A stretch of DNA of 64,000 bases from Patescibacteria group bacterium (lineage in GTDB: Bacteria; Patescibacteriota; Minisyncoccia; Phycocordibacterales; Phycocordibacteraceae), in contig JAIELV010000001.1 of assembly GCA_019752595.1 (NCBI GenBank), positions 312,486 to 376,485 of the forward strand, in the 5' to 3' direction. This document shows positions 18,704 through 29,040 of this stretch, one piece after another. A program made the position numbers and the translations under genes. How positions within the stretch are numbered: position 1 is the first letter of the stretch; every line of letters starts with the position of its first letter. The notes beneath the pieces were generated by a model. That model worked only from the letters and a program-made list of their open reading frames with translations, searched no databases and had not been told where the DNA came from.

Positions 18704-21067
18704 ATGATACTCGTTATCGTAGAGTCGCCCGCAAAGGCGAAGACAATAGAAAAATACCTTGGAAAAGAGTACAAGGTGCTTGCATCTGTGGGTCACATCC
18801 GCGACCTTCCGAAATCAAACAAAGACGCTGTAGATATAGAGGACGGCTTTACCCCTCGCTACGTGGTATCCCCTGGCAAGGCAGAGGTTATACATAGAAT
18901 AGAAGAAGCAGCAAAAAAGGCCGACGAGGTACTCTTGGCAACAGACCCCGACCGCGAAGGCGAGGCTATCGCGTGGCACTTGGTAGAAGCTGCAGGCCTT
19001 AAAAAAGCAAAGCGCGTGGTCTTTAATGAAATCACCAAAGAAGCAGTTATTGAAGCTATCGGAAACCCGAGAAAAATTGACCAAGATTTGCGCAAGGCAC
19101 AGGAAGCGAGGCGCGTGTTGGACCGCCTTGTCGGCTACGACCTTTCGGGTCTTATTTGGAAGAAAGTACGCTACGGGCTTTCTGCGGGTCGTGTGCAATC
19201 CCCTGCGCTTCGTATATTAGTGGAGAAGGAGCGCGAGATACGCGCATTTCAGCCAGATGAGTACTACGTTATTACGGCGGACTTCACCACACCACTTGGA
19301 GACCAGTTCACTGCCACGTGTTCCGTGGAACCAAAAACTGCGGGCGAAGCAAAAGAAATTGTCGACATTGGGAAAAAAGGAACGTGGAGAGTGGGTGACG
19401 TCACCACCTCCCCTGTAAAGCGCTCGCCGAAGGCCCCCTTCTCAACATCAACACTTCAGCAGGCTGCATCCACGCGTCTTGGTTTTTCTCCGTCGCGCAC
19501 CATGCGTACTGCGCAGAAATTGTATGAAGCGGGATTGATTACCTACATGCGAACCGACTCCACAAACCTTGCTGCTGTGGCGGTTTCTGCAATCGCTGGC
19601 TACGTGAAAAAAGAATACGGTGAGAAGTATTTAGAGTTGCGCACCTACAAAACGAAATCAAAAAACGCGCAGGAAGCGCACGAAGCAGTCCGTCCCACTG
19701 ATGTCACCAAAAAACGCGCTGGTTCGACTGATGAGGAAGAAAAACTCTATGAGCTTATTCATGCGCGCACCGTGGCAAGCCAAATGACAGACGCAATCAT
19801 GACCCGTTCAAAAATCACTGCCGTCACCGAAGGTGCTCCTGAATTTTCAGTGACGGGTTCTGTAATCGCGTTTGACGGTTGGCTTGCGGCAGACCCAGAT
19901 GCGAAAGGCGAAGAAACAATTCTTCCTGTTGCAACAAAGGACGACATTCTAGATTTGAAACAGATTGAGTCGTTCCAGAAATTCACTCAACCACCAGGGC
20001 GCTACACCGAAGCAGGTTTGATTAAAGAATTGGAGAAGCGCGGTATTGGTCGCCCGTCTACGTTCGCTTCAACCATCAAAACACTCGTCGACCGTGAGTA
20101 CGTCCTCAAAGAAGGAAGAACACTTATCCCAACAGTGACTGGCGAAACGGTGTCTTCATTTTTGGAAGAAAATTTTGCTACCTACATCAGCGACTCATTC
20201 ACCGCTGAAATGGAGAACGAGCTGGACCAAATTGCCTCGGGCGAACGCGAATACGCACAGACCCTGAAAGAATTTTATGGGCCGTTTTCAAAAGACGTAG
20301 CCTCGAAAGCAGATATTGCAAAACTAACCACACTTGGGGATGCACCAAAAGAATTTCCTTGCCCTGACTGTGGTGCTGCGATGGTTATGAAGCTCTCTCG
20401 CATGGGCGTTTTCATGAGCTGTTCGCGCTTCCCTGACTGCAAAGGATCGCGCACTGAGAAAGGAGAAATTATAAAAGAGGGCGACCCTATTGGAGAACAT
20501 CCCAACACGGGGCATCCTATTTATGTAAAGTCAGGACGTTTTGGTCCATACGTTGAAATGCGCCCGCACGAAACCGCAGAAGAAAAAGAGGCTAAAAAAA
20601 TAAAGAAGGGCAAGAAGAAAGTAATAGCGGATATGCGCCGCGCATCCATACCTGCAGGCGTTGAGCCTGCTTCGGTTACGGTTGAGATGGCAACGAAATA
20701 TCTCTCTATCCCCCGCGAAACAGGTACTCACCCAGACACGGGCATGCCAATAACCGCAGGTACGGGTAGATTTGGACCATTCATTGTGCACAACGGCGAT
20801 TTCCGTTCACTAAAGGGCGCAGACAGTCCGTACGACATCACGCATGAACGTGCGCTTGAGATACTCAAAGAACCTAAGAAAGGTCGTCCAGGAGTATCAA
20901 TCGTTCGCGAGGTGGGCGAACACCCGAAAACGAAGAAGAAGATCTATCTCTATAAATCAAAGAGCGGATTCTTTTTGAAAAAGGGATTCAAGCACATTAC
21001 GGTGGCTGAGAGCAAAGCAGACACGCTCACGCCAGCTGAAGCAGTAGAGCTTTTGAAGGGCCGTTAA
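18704..21067 (+). CDS. topA: DNA topoisomerase I
   Basis: Start at MILVIVESPAKAKTIEKYLG (TOPRIM). Active-site region and C-terminal Zn ribbon CPDCGAAM...CSRFPDC. Confidence 0.9.
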   Translation: MILVIVESPAKAKTIEKYLGKEYKVLASVGHIRDLPKSNKDAVDIEDGFTPRYVVSPGKAEVIHRIEEAAKKADEVLLATDPDREGEAIAWHLVEAAGLKKAKRVVFNEITKEAVIEAIGNPRKIDQDLRKAQEARRVLDRLVGYDLSGLIWKKVRYGLSAGRVQSPALRILVEKEREIRAFQPDEYYVITADFTTPLGDQFTATCSVEPKTAGEAKEIVDIGKKGTWRVGDVTTSPVKRSPKAPFSTSTLQQAASTRLGFSPSRTMRTAQKLYEAGLITYMRTDSTNLAAVAVSAIAGYVKKEYGEKYLELRTYKTKSKNAQEAHEAVRPTDVTKKRAGSTDEEEKLYELIHARTVASQMTDAIMTRSKITAVTEGAPEFSVTGSVIAFDGWLAADPDAKGEETILPVATKDDILDLKQIESFQKFTQPPGRYTEAGLIKELEKRGIGRPSTFASTIKTLVDREYVLKEGRTLIPTVTGETVSSFLEENFATYISDSFTAEMENELDQIASGEREYAQTLKEFYGPFSKDVASKADIAKLTTLGDAPKEFPCPDCGAAMVMKLSRMGVFMSCSRFPDCKGSRTEKGEIIKEGDPIGEHPNTGHPIYVKSGRFGPYVEMRPHETAEEKEAKKIKKGKKKVIADMRRASIPAGVEPASVTVEMATKYLSIPRETGTHPDTGMPITAGTGRFGPFIVHNGDFRSLKGADSPYDITHERALEILKEPKKGRPGVSIVREVGEHPKTKKKIYLYKSKSGFFLKKGFKHITVAESKADTLTPAEAVELLKGR

Positions 21068-21285
21068 TTCTCCTCTCGGCTGTTTGATTGTTGCGAATAC
21101 GCGAGGAGTGCAAGATGTCGTGCGAATAATGATTCTGTCTCATCTGTAGTGACTTGCGCAGTAGTGTCTACTTCGCTCGCGAGCGCAAGCCTCTCAACTA
21201 CGTAATCCATCGCCTCCTGAAGTCCGCCGTGCGGACCCCCTCTTTTTTCATCTGCCATAGTGAAAGAGATTCTAGCACTACTCAT
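21064..21285 (-). CDS. Small hypothetical ORF
   Basis: 73-aa ORF abutting the topA stop. No motif. Confidence 0.2.
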   Translation of the reverse strand: MSSARISFTMADEKRGGPHGGLQEAMDYVVERLALASEVDTTAQVTTDETESLFARHLALLAYSQQSNSREEN

Positions 21286-21389
21286 TTCGTAGCGCTAGAC
21301 CTGCGCTGACACGCGCTATACACTGAGGGTAATGGTCGGCACTAAATGCCACTTCTTGTTTTCTAATTCGCTTCCCTCATAATAAAACA

Positions 21390-22910
21390 ATGGCGCACCC
21401 CACAGACGAAATAATTCGCGCGATGCATTCGCCAACAGCGAAAGATACAGAAATAATTCGTGACGCGTATGATTTTGCGGAAAAAGCGCATGGGGAGGAA
21501 AAACGAAAATCAGGCGAGCCGTACATCATCCACCCACGTGCAATCGCTATAACACTTGCAAAGCTCGGAATGGACCGTGACACTATTGTCGCTGGGATCC
21601 TGCACGACACCATAGAAGACACACCTGTAAAACTTGAAGAGATTGAGAAGCGCTACGGCACAAACGTCGCCACGATGGTTGAGGGCGTTACGAAACTTTC
21701 AAAGTTGAAATACCGCGGTGTTGAACGACACGTGGAGAGTATGCGTCGACTGTTGGTCGCGACCGCAAACGACGTGCGCGTCATCATCATCAAGCTTGCC
21801 GACCGCTTGCATAACATGGAAACACTGCAGTATGTTTCTGAAGAAAAAAGAGCACGTATTGCACTTGAAACTCGTGAGGTGTATGTACCAATTGCTGAGC
21901 GGTTGGGTATGGGACTTCTAAAAGCGCAGCTTGAAGATTTGGCATTTAAAAATCTTGAACCAGAAAAATACAAGGAAACGGCAACATTTCTCGAGGAACA
22001 GGGGCAGAAAGCAAAAGGAGCTCTTGATGAAAGTGTGAAAGATTTGCGAAAGGCGCTTGCGGAAACGGGAATAAAAAACTTCAGAACCGAATCTCGTATT
22101 AAAAACGTTCACAGCTTCTCAGCAAAACTTGAACGCAAAGACAACGATATCGACAAGGTGTACGACATATTTGCTGTCCGTATTATCGTGCCGACTTCAG
22201 ACGACTGTTACAAAACCCTCGGCGTTGTGCATTCACTGTGGCGCCCTATCCCAGGACGTGTGAAAGACTACATAGCAAACCCAAAACCGAATGGCTATCG
22301 TTCAATTCACACCACTATTCTCACCCCGCAAAAGATTATCCTCGAGGTGCAGATTCGCTCGGAAGACATGCAGAAAGAAAGCAAGTTCGGCATTGCTTCT
22401 CACTTTGCATACAAGGACCAAAATGTGACAGAAAAAGCGGCTTCTCTTGGTTGGGCATTGCAGTTTATTCCTTCCCTGATGCGTGTCGTTCGCGGTGCTG
22501 GCGCTCAAACCGCAGCGCCCTTGCCTCGCTGGCTATCCGAGTTAAACGAGGCGGCAAATGTGTTTCGTGAACAAAAAAGTTTTCAGAAGGCACTGAAGGA
22601 AGATTTTTTTGCAGAGCGCATGTTCGTCTTTACCCCAAAAGGAGACGTCATTGACCTCCCTGTCGGTGCAACGCCTGTAGATTTTGCCTATGCCATTCAC
22701 TCGGATATCGGCAACACGATGGTGGGCGCAAAAGTGAACAGTAAACTAGTACAACTCTCAACTCCGCTCAAAAATGGTGACATTGTAGAAATAAACACGA
22801 AGAAAAATGCGCATCCAAACAAGAAATGGATAGACTTCGCGAAAACATCTTCCGCAAAACATCACATCAGAAATACGATAAGTAGAATCGAATCGGGTCA
22901 GAAACCGTAA
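21390..22910 (+). CDS. Bifunctional (p)ppGpp synthetase/hydrolase, short RelA/SpoT homolog (HD + synthetase + TGS, no ACT)
   Basis: HD motif ILHDTIEDT, synthetase YRSIHTTI, TGS FVFTPKGDVIDLP. Confidence 0.85.
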   Translation: MAHPTDEIIRAMHSPTAKDTEIIRDAYDFAEKAHGEEKRKSGEPYIIHPRAIAITLAKLGMDRDTIVAGILHDTIEDTPVKLEEIEKRYGTNVATMVEGVTKLSKLKYRGVERHVESMRRLLVATANDVRVIIIKLADRLHNMETLQYVSEEKRARIALETREVYVPIAERLGMGLLKAQLEDLAFKNLEPEKYKETATFLEEQGQKAKGALDESVKDLRKALAETGIKNFRTESRIKNVHSFSAKLERKDNDIDKVYDIFAVRIIVPTSDDCYKTLGVVHSLWRPIPGRVKDYIANPKPNGYRSIHTTILTPQKIILEVQIRSEDMQKESKFGIASHFAYKDQNVTEKAASLGWALQFIPSLMRVVRGAGAQTAAPLPRWLSELNEAANVFREQKSFQKALKEDFFAERMFVFTPKGDVIDLPVGATPVDFAYAIHSDIGNTMVGAKVNSKLVQLSTPLKNGDIVEINTKKNAHPNKKWIDFAKTSSAKHHIRNTISRIESGQKP

Positions 22911-22930
22911 CTCTGCGTACGACCACCTCA

Positions 22931-22964
22931 CACTCCCTGATATGATATATCATATCAGGGAGTG
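22931..22964. repeat. 34-bp perfect palindrome; core CTGATATGATATATCATATCAG shared with 28737-28764
   Basis: cactccctgatatgatatatcatatcagggagtg between convergent relA and parB. Confidence 0.7.
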
Positions 22965-22976
22965 GTGCGGGTACGT

Positions 22977-23909
22977 TTATATAGAGAATTTCTCAACGGA
23001 AAACGTATCGTCATCCTCTTTTGGTAACGGCGCAGGGGCTTGCAGTTCTTCAGGTACAGAAAGTGAATTTTCGGTTTTTTCAGCTTCAGGAGCGTTTGAA
23101 ACGCGCGCGAGTATTGCTTCCAAATCTTCAGGCGAGAAGAAGTTAATAATCAATTTTCCTCCTTTTGCATCTTCCCTAATTTCCACTTGTGTCCCCAAAG
23201 ATTCTGCGAGTGCTTTCTCCATCGCCTGTATTTCAGGTTTTACTTCCTTCTTTCGAGCGCGATCCCAGGCAATTTCCCTGGTCAGTTTTTCAACTTCACG
23301 AACGGAAAGCTTTCTGGTTTGGATATCGCGAAACAAGGTCATCATCTCATCTTTGCGGTCCTCGAGCATAAGAAGCGCTCGTGCGTGCCCCTCGTAAATC
23401 AAGCCTGATTTCAACGCTCCCTGAATTTCGTCTGGCAATGAGAGGAGGCGCAAACTGTTTGAAACGTATTCACGGCTTTTACCTACTTTTTTTCCTATCT
23501 CAACGTTATTGAGATTAAATTCTTTTGCCAAACGTTCAAACGCACGCGCTCTGTCGATTGCATTCAGGTCTTCACGTTGCAAGTTTTCAATAATCGCAAT
23601 TTCAAGCTTGGTACGCTCGTTTTCTTCAGCAGAACGAATAATGACGGGAACCTGCGAAAGGCCTGCCATTTTCGATGCGCGCAATCGGCGTTCACCCGCA
23701 ATCAGTTCGTAGTACGTAGCAATTCCGCCGTCTTCCTTGGTTTCTTCATGACGCGTAACCGTCATTGGTTGCAAAACACCGTACTGGCGAATAGATTCCG
23801 AAAGATCCTTGAGACGTGCCTCATCGAACTCGGTTCTGGGCTGGTACGGGTTCGGGCGGACTTTTTCAACCTCTACCCAGAAAATTGCATCGCTTTGAAA
23901 CTGGCTCAT
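22977..23909 (-). CDS. parB: Chromosome partitioning protein ParB/Spo0J
   Basis: GERRLRASKMAGL ParB box and HTH. Confidence 0.85.
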   Translation of the reverse strand: MSQFQSDAIFWVEVEKVRPNPYQPRTEFDEARLKDLSESIRQYGVLQPMTVTRHEETKEDGGIATYYELIAGERRLRASKMAGLSQVPVIIRSAEENERTKLEIAIIENLQREDLNAIDRARAFERLAKEFNLNNVEIGKKVGKSREYVSNSLRLLSLPDEIQGALKSGLIYEGHARALLMLEDRKDEMMTLFRDIQTRKLSVREVEKLTREIAWDRARKKEVKPEIQAMEKALAESLGTQVEIREDAKGGKLIINFFSPEDLEAILARVSNAPEAEKTENSLSVPEELQAPAPLPKEDDDTFSVEKFSI

Positions 23910-23976
23910 TGCAAGATTTTAGCATGGAGATTTTTTACGAAATGCGCTACGATAACCGAACGCAAAAGCGTACCCT

Positions 23977-24058
23977 GCCCGGGTGGCGGAATTGGTAGAC
24001 GCGCACGACTCAAAATCGTGTTACGAAAGTAGTGTGGGTTCGATTCCCACCCCGGGCA
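23977..24058 (+). tRNA. tRNA-Leu (anticodon CAA), long variable arm, no encoded CCA
   Basis: Acceptor GCCCGGG/CCCGGGC, anticodon arm CACGA-CUCAAAA-UCGUG, T-loop TTCGATT. Confidence 0.85.
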
Positions 24059-24143
24059 CTGAAACGAAGACCGCGACAACGCTTGCTTTGGCAACGGTTG
24101 AGTGAATTGAACGAGTATGTACTCATACCACGGGCACACAATC

Positions 24144-24170
24144 AAAAAAGCTCCCTAGGGAGCTTTTTTG
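24144..24170. terminator. Bidirectional hairpin aagctcccta/tagggagctt with flanking A/T runs
   Basis: Perfect palindrome overlapping the stop of the 24155-24736 gene. Confidence 0.5.
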
Positions 24171-24736
24171 ATTGTTTTCTCGTAAGGTCGGTTTTCAATT
24201 ATTCTGCGAGCGGTTTCGTTACTGAGTATGAATGTTGTAACACCATCAGTCAGCTTTACTTGTTCTCTATCGCCAAACTGACCGTAATATAAAGACTGCG
24301 CTTTATCACAAAGAGCACGGTCGTACGCTGACATATTCGTTCCTGAGCCTCGTAAATCTTTTGCAAAATATCGTATGTCGTTCACATGTAGCCCTGATGC
24401 AACCCCTCTAATTACATCAATCTGCACTCCTATATCAGAAATAGGAAAGCCAGAAAGTTCAGGATTCAAAGAAACGATTTCTTCATATAATGCTTTTATT
24501 CTTTCGTGACTGTCGACGGGAGGCTGTTCTCCCTTTATAGGGTAAAAATAATTTGCGAGATAATTAAGTTCAGCTGGGGAAAGACCTCCTAGATTCCACG
24601 ACTGACCGAATAGACGATCGATCATGTAGTTGTCCCTCTCTACCCTGCCTTTCATGGCAACCGATAACTCTGTAACAAAACGACCACGCAAAGAATCACT
24701 TGGAACTGCTGATTCAAGCGAAGAATCTCTTCTCAT
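24155..24736 (-). CDS. Hypothetical protein
   Basis: 193-aa ORF with no motif. tRNA-proximal. Confidence 0.4.
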   Translation of the reverse strand: MRRDSSLESAVPSDSLRGRFVTELSVAMKGRVERDNYMIDRLFGQSWNLGGLSPAELNYLANYFYPIKGEQPPVDSHERIKALYEEIVSLNPELSGFPISDIGVQIDVIRGVASGLHVNDIRYFAKDLRGSGTNMSAYDRALCDKAQSLYYGQFGDREQVKLTDGVTTFILSNETARRIIENRPYEKTIKKAP

Positions 24737-25806
24737 GACGACTTATTTTTTCCCACGGCTTCGGAAATGCTTTTATATCCGTCTCGTTTCAGAAACACCG
24801 CAAGCCCCTCGTTTATCGCTCGTGCAATCAAAGGGCCTTCGTAAATAAAGCCTGTATAGACCTGCAGAAGCGACGCTCCTGCCTTTATTTTTTCGTACGC
24901 ATCTTCAGCGGTGAAAATACCCCCCACCCCAATAATCGGCATATTCGGTTTCTTCGAGTGAATGTACGAAATAATTTCAGTTGCCCGTTTCTTAATCGGT
25001 TCTCCTGAAAGCCCGCCTGCGGTTTCTGTTGCAGCGCGCGAAACACCAAGGCGTGCCACAGTAGTGTTGACTGCAATAATCCCGTCAATCTTTCCGTCTT
25101 CGCATACTTTGAGCACTTCATCTATTGCTTCATAGGAAAGATCGGGTGCGATTTTGACGAGCAACGGTTTTCGCACTTTCTGTGCATCGCGAAATTCGTT
25201 CATCATAGACACAATCTCAACAAGAAATTTTTTATCCTGTAACTCGCGTAACCCTGGGGTGTTGGGAGAACTGACATTAATTGCAAAGTAATCCCCGTGA
25301 TCGTACAAACGCTCGAGTGAAAAGCGATAGTCTGCCGCGGCGTCCTCCAGCTCTGTTCGTTTTGATTTGCCTATTGAAATACCTACCGGAATATTCATTT
25401 TGAGATGTGCCAAACGTCGGGACAGCGCCCCCGCCCCCTTGTTATTAAACCCCATTCGGTTCACTAGTGCGCGGTCACTGTCGAAACGGAAAATTCGCTG
25501 TCGTGGGTTGCCGTCTTGAGGATATTTTGTCACCGTCCCCAGTTCAAGAAAACCGAATCCTAAAGATTCCAAGCCTTTCGCAGAGCCGCCGTCTTTGTCG
25601 AGCCCTGCAGCAAGACCTACAGGATTTGGAAAATTAACCCCAAAAACCCTCTGTTGCAGTTCAAGCTTTTGTGTTTTTGCAACAAACGCAGTGAGTTGGG
25701 AAAACGGGAAAAGGCCTACAATTTTCAAAAAGAAAAGCGCGAGTTTGTGGGCCGTTTCAGGGTCTTTAATAAATAGAAACAATACCGATACAAAAAAGCG
25801 GTACAT
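24733..25806 (-). CDS. pyrD: Dihydroorotate dehydrogenase (quinone), class 2
   Basis: N-terminal membrane-association helix and FMN/orotate-binding motifs. Confidence 0.85.
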   Translation of the reverse strand: MYRFFVSVLFLFIKDPETAHKLALFFLKIVGLFPFSQLTAFVAKTQKLELQQRVFGVNFPNPVGLAAGLDKDGGSAKGLESLGFGFLELGTVTKYPQDGNPRQRIFRFDSDRALVNRMGFNNKGAGALSRRLAHLKMNIPVGISIGKSKRTELEDAAADYRFSLERLYDHGDYFAINVSSPNTPGLRELQDKKFLVEIVSMMNEFRDAQKVRKPLLVKIAPDLSYEAIDEVLKVCEDGKIDGIIAVNTTVARLGVSRAATETAGGLSGEPIKKRATEIISYIHSKKPNMPIIGVGGIFTAEDAYEKIKAGASLLQVYTGFIYEGPLIARAINEGLAVFLKRDGYKSISEAVGKNKSS

Positions 25807-26609
25807 TAGCGATACAAGTTAATCTCGTCCCGTAATTTCTTTGCCTCGCGCGCAGGACTATCAGAAAAAATAATCGCCTTCGTGGAATTGATTATAAGCC
25901 CCATACCTTTACTGTTTTTGCCCGCCTGCATCACTGCCTGCACACTTCCGCCTTGCGTTCCGATACCAGGCACCAAAAGCGTCATGTCGCCCACTACAGA
26001 ACGGATGATTTTCATCTCTTCAGGGTATGTTGCGCCGACAACCAACATGCAGTTTCCGTTTTCGTTCCAGCCCGAAGCGACTTTCTCTGCAACTATCTGC
26101 CACATTTTTTTCCCGTTTGATTCGACATCTTGGAATTCTCCTGCCCCAGGATTTGATGTCCTACAGAGAACAATGGAGACTTTGTCTTTGCGCGAAAGAA
26201 ACGGCTGTACGCCGTCTTTGCCTAAGTACGGGTGGAGTGTGATTGCGTCAAAGCCAAGCACATCAAGTATGGCGCGCGCATACAGCTCGCTTGAGTAGCC
26301 TATATCTGCGCGCTTTGCATCACAGATGGTAAGGACGTCGGGAAATGCCTTCTCCAGATAATTTATGGTCATCTCCAACTCCAGCATCCCCTGCGCGCCA
26401 GCACCCTCATAAGACGCCATGTTTGGCTTAAACGCAGCTGCAAACTCTGCGGTCTGATCAATAATGTATTTATTGAACTCAAACTGCGGAAATTTCTGCG
26501 ACCTAAATGCCGAAGGAATTTTTTCGAGATCAGGATCAAGCCCAACGGATACTAATGAGCCTACTTTTTGAGCGCGTGTTTCGTACTTCAAAAGTGCGTT
26601 CATAGGCAA
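25806..26609 (-). CDS. pyrF: Orotidine 5'-phosphate decarboxylase (type 2)
   Basis: DAKRADIG catalytic motif. About 267 aa. Confidence 0.8.
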   Translation of the reverse strand: MPMNALLKYETRAQKVGSLVSVGLDPDLEKIPSAFRSQKFPQFEFNKYIIDQTAEFAAAFKPNMASYEGAGAQGMLELEMTINYLEKAFPDVLTICDAKRADIGYSSELYARAILDVLGFDAITLHPYLGKDGVQPFLSRKDKVSIVLCRTSNPGAGEFQDVESNGKKMWQIVAEKVASGWNENGNCMLVVGATYPEEMKIIRSVVGDMTLLVPGIGTQGGSVQAVMQAGKNSKGMGLIINSTKAIIFSDSPAREAKKLRDEINLYR

Positions 26610-26669
26610 ATCACTCTAACTACGTAGACTGTAACACACTGGGGCGCACCCCAGGAGTACTTCCAATTT

Positions 26670-27128
26670 CTAATCGCTGTGCTCAAGAAATTTAGGGCGA
26701 GCGCCCGTTTCTATGACTTCAAAACCGTTCGGGCGCTTCACCAAAAGCACGTCGACAGGCTGATCCCATGCCTTTCTCACGAGAGGTTCAGCAGAAAGTA
26801 AGTCTGGCGAAAGCACTCCTACTCGAAGCCACGTTTCAGGTACATGTGTCAGTAGCCTGTCGTACCATCCATGACCTCTGCCATGACGAGTACCTGAGAG
26901 GTCGAACTGACGGCCAGGCATGAATACCGCAACATCATTCTGTGGGTATGTGTCACGCAGTTCTTGTCCTACGTCCTCAGGTAATATTTCTTTTGAAGCG
27001 GGAATTAGAAATTCAGTGGGAGCAAGTCCGTGTGCGGAAAGAAATGATTCATAGGAAGGCTCATCCTGCATCGGCTCAAAACCGACCACAGACGCGTTTC
27101 GTAAGTATGATTCGAAAGTCGAGCTCAT
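26670..27128 (-). CDS. 5-formyltetrahydrofolate cyclo-ligase family protein (short)
   Basis: GRGHGWYDR signature. Confidence 0.6.
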   Translation of the reverse strand: MSSTFESYLRNASVVGFEPMQDEPSYESFLSAHGLAPTEFLIPASKEILPEDVGQELRDTYPQNDVAVFMPGRQFDLSGTRHGRGHGWYDRLLTHVPETWLRVGVLSPDLLSAEPLVRKAWDQPVDVLLVKRPNGFEVIETGARPKFLEHSD

Positions 27129-27149
27129 ACTGCTACACCCTTTCAGGTT

Positions 27150-27788
27150 CTATATTTTACCAACGAGGTTCATGTCCCCGCCTTTCAAAGTGTCGTCGCC
27201 TGGATTCCATTCTGCAGGACATACCTGACCACCGTGTGCGCGCACAAACTGCGCCGCCTGAAGTTTTCTCAAAAGTTCTTTTGCCGAGCGGCCAATTGCG
27301 TTGTCGTGAATTTCCATCGTGCGCAATATGCCGTCGGGGTCCATGACAAACGTCCCGCGAAGCGCGAGGCCTTCGTCTTCTACATGATCAAGCCCGCCTG
27401 GTGCGATGTAGACACCGAATGCTTTTGCCAGTCTTCCTGCAGGGTCTGCAGCCATCGGGTACTGAATTTTTTTGATTGCGGGCGAGGTGTCGTGCCATGC
27501 CTTGTGTGTGAACACCGTATCTGCGGAAACGCTAATTACTTCTGCCTCAAGCTCCTGGAAACCTTTGTAGTGAACTGCAAGCTCTTCAAGCTCAGTGGGG
27601 CATACGAACGTAAAATCTGCAGGATAAAAAACCAAAATCACCCATTTGCCACGGTAATCCGAAAAACGAACTTCTTTTACTTTCTCATCATGAAATACCT
27701 CAAACTCGTAGTCGGGCACCACATGCCCTACTTTTACCTGGCTTACGAAGCCCGCAGAATCATTCAAATCAGCTGGTTCTTTAGACAT
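27150..27788 (-). CDS. Peroxiredoxin (AhpC/Prx1-type, 2-Cys)
   Basis: FTFVCPTE peroxidatic Cys and C-terminal VCPAEW resolving Cys. Confidence 0.85.
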   Translation of the reverse strand: MSKEPADLNDSAGFVSQVKVGHVVPDYEFEVFHDEKVKEVRFSDYRGKWVILVFYPADFTFVCPTELEELAVHYKGFQELEAEVISVSADTVFTHKAWHDTSPAIKKIQYPMAADPAGRLAKAFGVYIAPGGLDHVEDEGLALRGTFVMDPDGILRTMEIHDNAIGRSAKELLRKLQAAQFVRAHGGQVCPAEWNPGDDTLKGGDMNLVGKI

Positions 27789-27833
27789 AGCTTTAATTAC
27801 AGTAGTAACTCACGTAGTATAACATTATCGTCT

Positions 27834-28739
27834 ATGCAGAAAATTATTGTCATTGTAGGTCCGACCGCGTCAGGAAAGACCGCGCTTTCTATAGAGCTCG
27901 CACGCGCACTTGGACGCCTGCCTGCCGGTAGGCAGGGCGAGGTTATTTCAGCTGATTCGCGACAGGTGTACCGAGGGCTTGATGTGGGAAGTGGCAAAGT
28001 GACAAAGAAGGAAATGCGAGGTGTCCCCCACCACCTCTTGGATGTCGCGAACCCGAAAAAAGTGTACAGCGCATCAGATTTTGTCCGTGACGGGCGGGCC
28101 GCGATTTCTGAAATCGCGGCCCGTGGAAAAATTCCGATTATCGCGGGCGGAACTGGTTTTTACATCGACGCACTTCTCGGCACTATCCCGCTCACTGACG
28201 TCCCACCAAACCCTGCCTTGCGAAAAAAACTTGCGAAGTACTCATTGAAACAGTTGCAAACGAGGTTGAAAAAAGTAGACCCAAAACGCTTTAAAACGAT
28301 AGATACGAATAACCCTGTCCGCCTCGTGCGTGCGATAGAGATAGCCGCCGCGCTTGGAAAAGTACCAACGACGACTGGCAAAAAAATATATGACGCTTTT
28401 TTTATAGGCATTGGCATTTCTCATGAAAAACTAAAGGAAAAAATCCGTATTCGTCTATTCGCACGAATAAGGGGTATAGAGAAGGAGGCAAAAAAACTGC
28501 ACACACAGGGATTAAGCTGGAAGCGCATGGAAGAATTGGGGCTTGAGTATCGATACATGGCGCGGTATCTGCAAAAGAAAATATCGCGTGATGAACTGAT
28601 GGTGGAACTTGAAAAAGGAATTGTGAAGTACGCAAAACGCCAAATGACGTGGTTCAAGCGGAATACAGGTATTGTGTGGCTCAAACCACAAGATACAAAG
28701 CGCGCAATTCGAATGTCCCGTCAATTTCTGAACACATAA
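27834..28739 (+). CDS. miaA: tRNA dimethylallyltransferase
   Basis: Start at MQKIIVIVGPTASGKT (P-loop). SADSRQVYRGLDVGSGK. Confidence 0.85.
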   Translation: MQKIIVIVGPTASGKTALSIELARALGRLPAGRQGEVISADSRQVYRGLDVGSGKVTKKEMRGVPHHLLDVANPKKVYSASDFVRDGRAAISEIAARGKIPIIAGGTGFYIDALLGTIPLTDVPPNPALRKKLAKYSLKQLQTRLKKVDPKRFKTIDTNNPVRLVRAIEIAAALGKVPTTTGKKIYDAFFIGIGISHEKLKEKIRIRLFARIRGIEKEAKKLHTQGLSWKRMEELGLEYRYMARYLQKKISRDELMVELEKGIVKYAKRQMTWFKRNTGIVWLKPQDTKRAIRMSRQFLNT

Positions 28740-28764
28740 CTGATATGATATATCATATCAGTTA
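28737..28764. repeat. 28-bp perfect palindrome taactgatatgatatatcatatcagtta (same 22-bp core as 22931-22964)
   Basis: Overlaps the miaA stop codon, just upstream of tRNA-Trp. Confidence 0.7.
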
Positions 28765-28839
28765 TTACGTATTAGGTTACTCTTCTTTAGAGCACGGTGG
28801 TTGCGAAACGACACTGTATAATGCAGAATTCGCAAGAAC

Positions 28840-28910
28840 GGGCGATTAGTTTAATGGTAGAACGGAGGTCTCCAAAACCTCTGGCGGGGGTTCGATTCCC
28901 TCATCGCCCG
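28840..28910 (+). tRNA. tRNA-Trp (anticodon CCA), no encoded CCA
   Basis: Acceptor GGGCGAU/AUCGCCC, anticodon arm GAGGU-CUCCAAA-ACCUC, discriminator G. Confidence 0.85.
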
Positions 28911-29040
28911 CAATGATTCATGAGCACAGCTGGGGGCTGTGTGAATGAAACATCATTGCGAGGATGATGCGGAATCGAAGCCCGGAGCGCTGGCGCGAGG
29001 GCGGGCTGTCTGATTTTTCAGCAGGAAAATACAGATAGCC

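Noticed and set aside
23906-24145. 79-aa minus-strand ORF
   Set aside because: It overlaps tRNA-Leu(CAA) entirely on the opposite strand. Its frame simply reads through the tRNA.
27234-27833. 600-nt 5' extension of the miaA ORF
   Set aside because: It is antisense to the peroxiredoxin gene and has no miaA homology. The canonical P-loop start MQKIIVIVGPTASGKT is at 27834.
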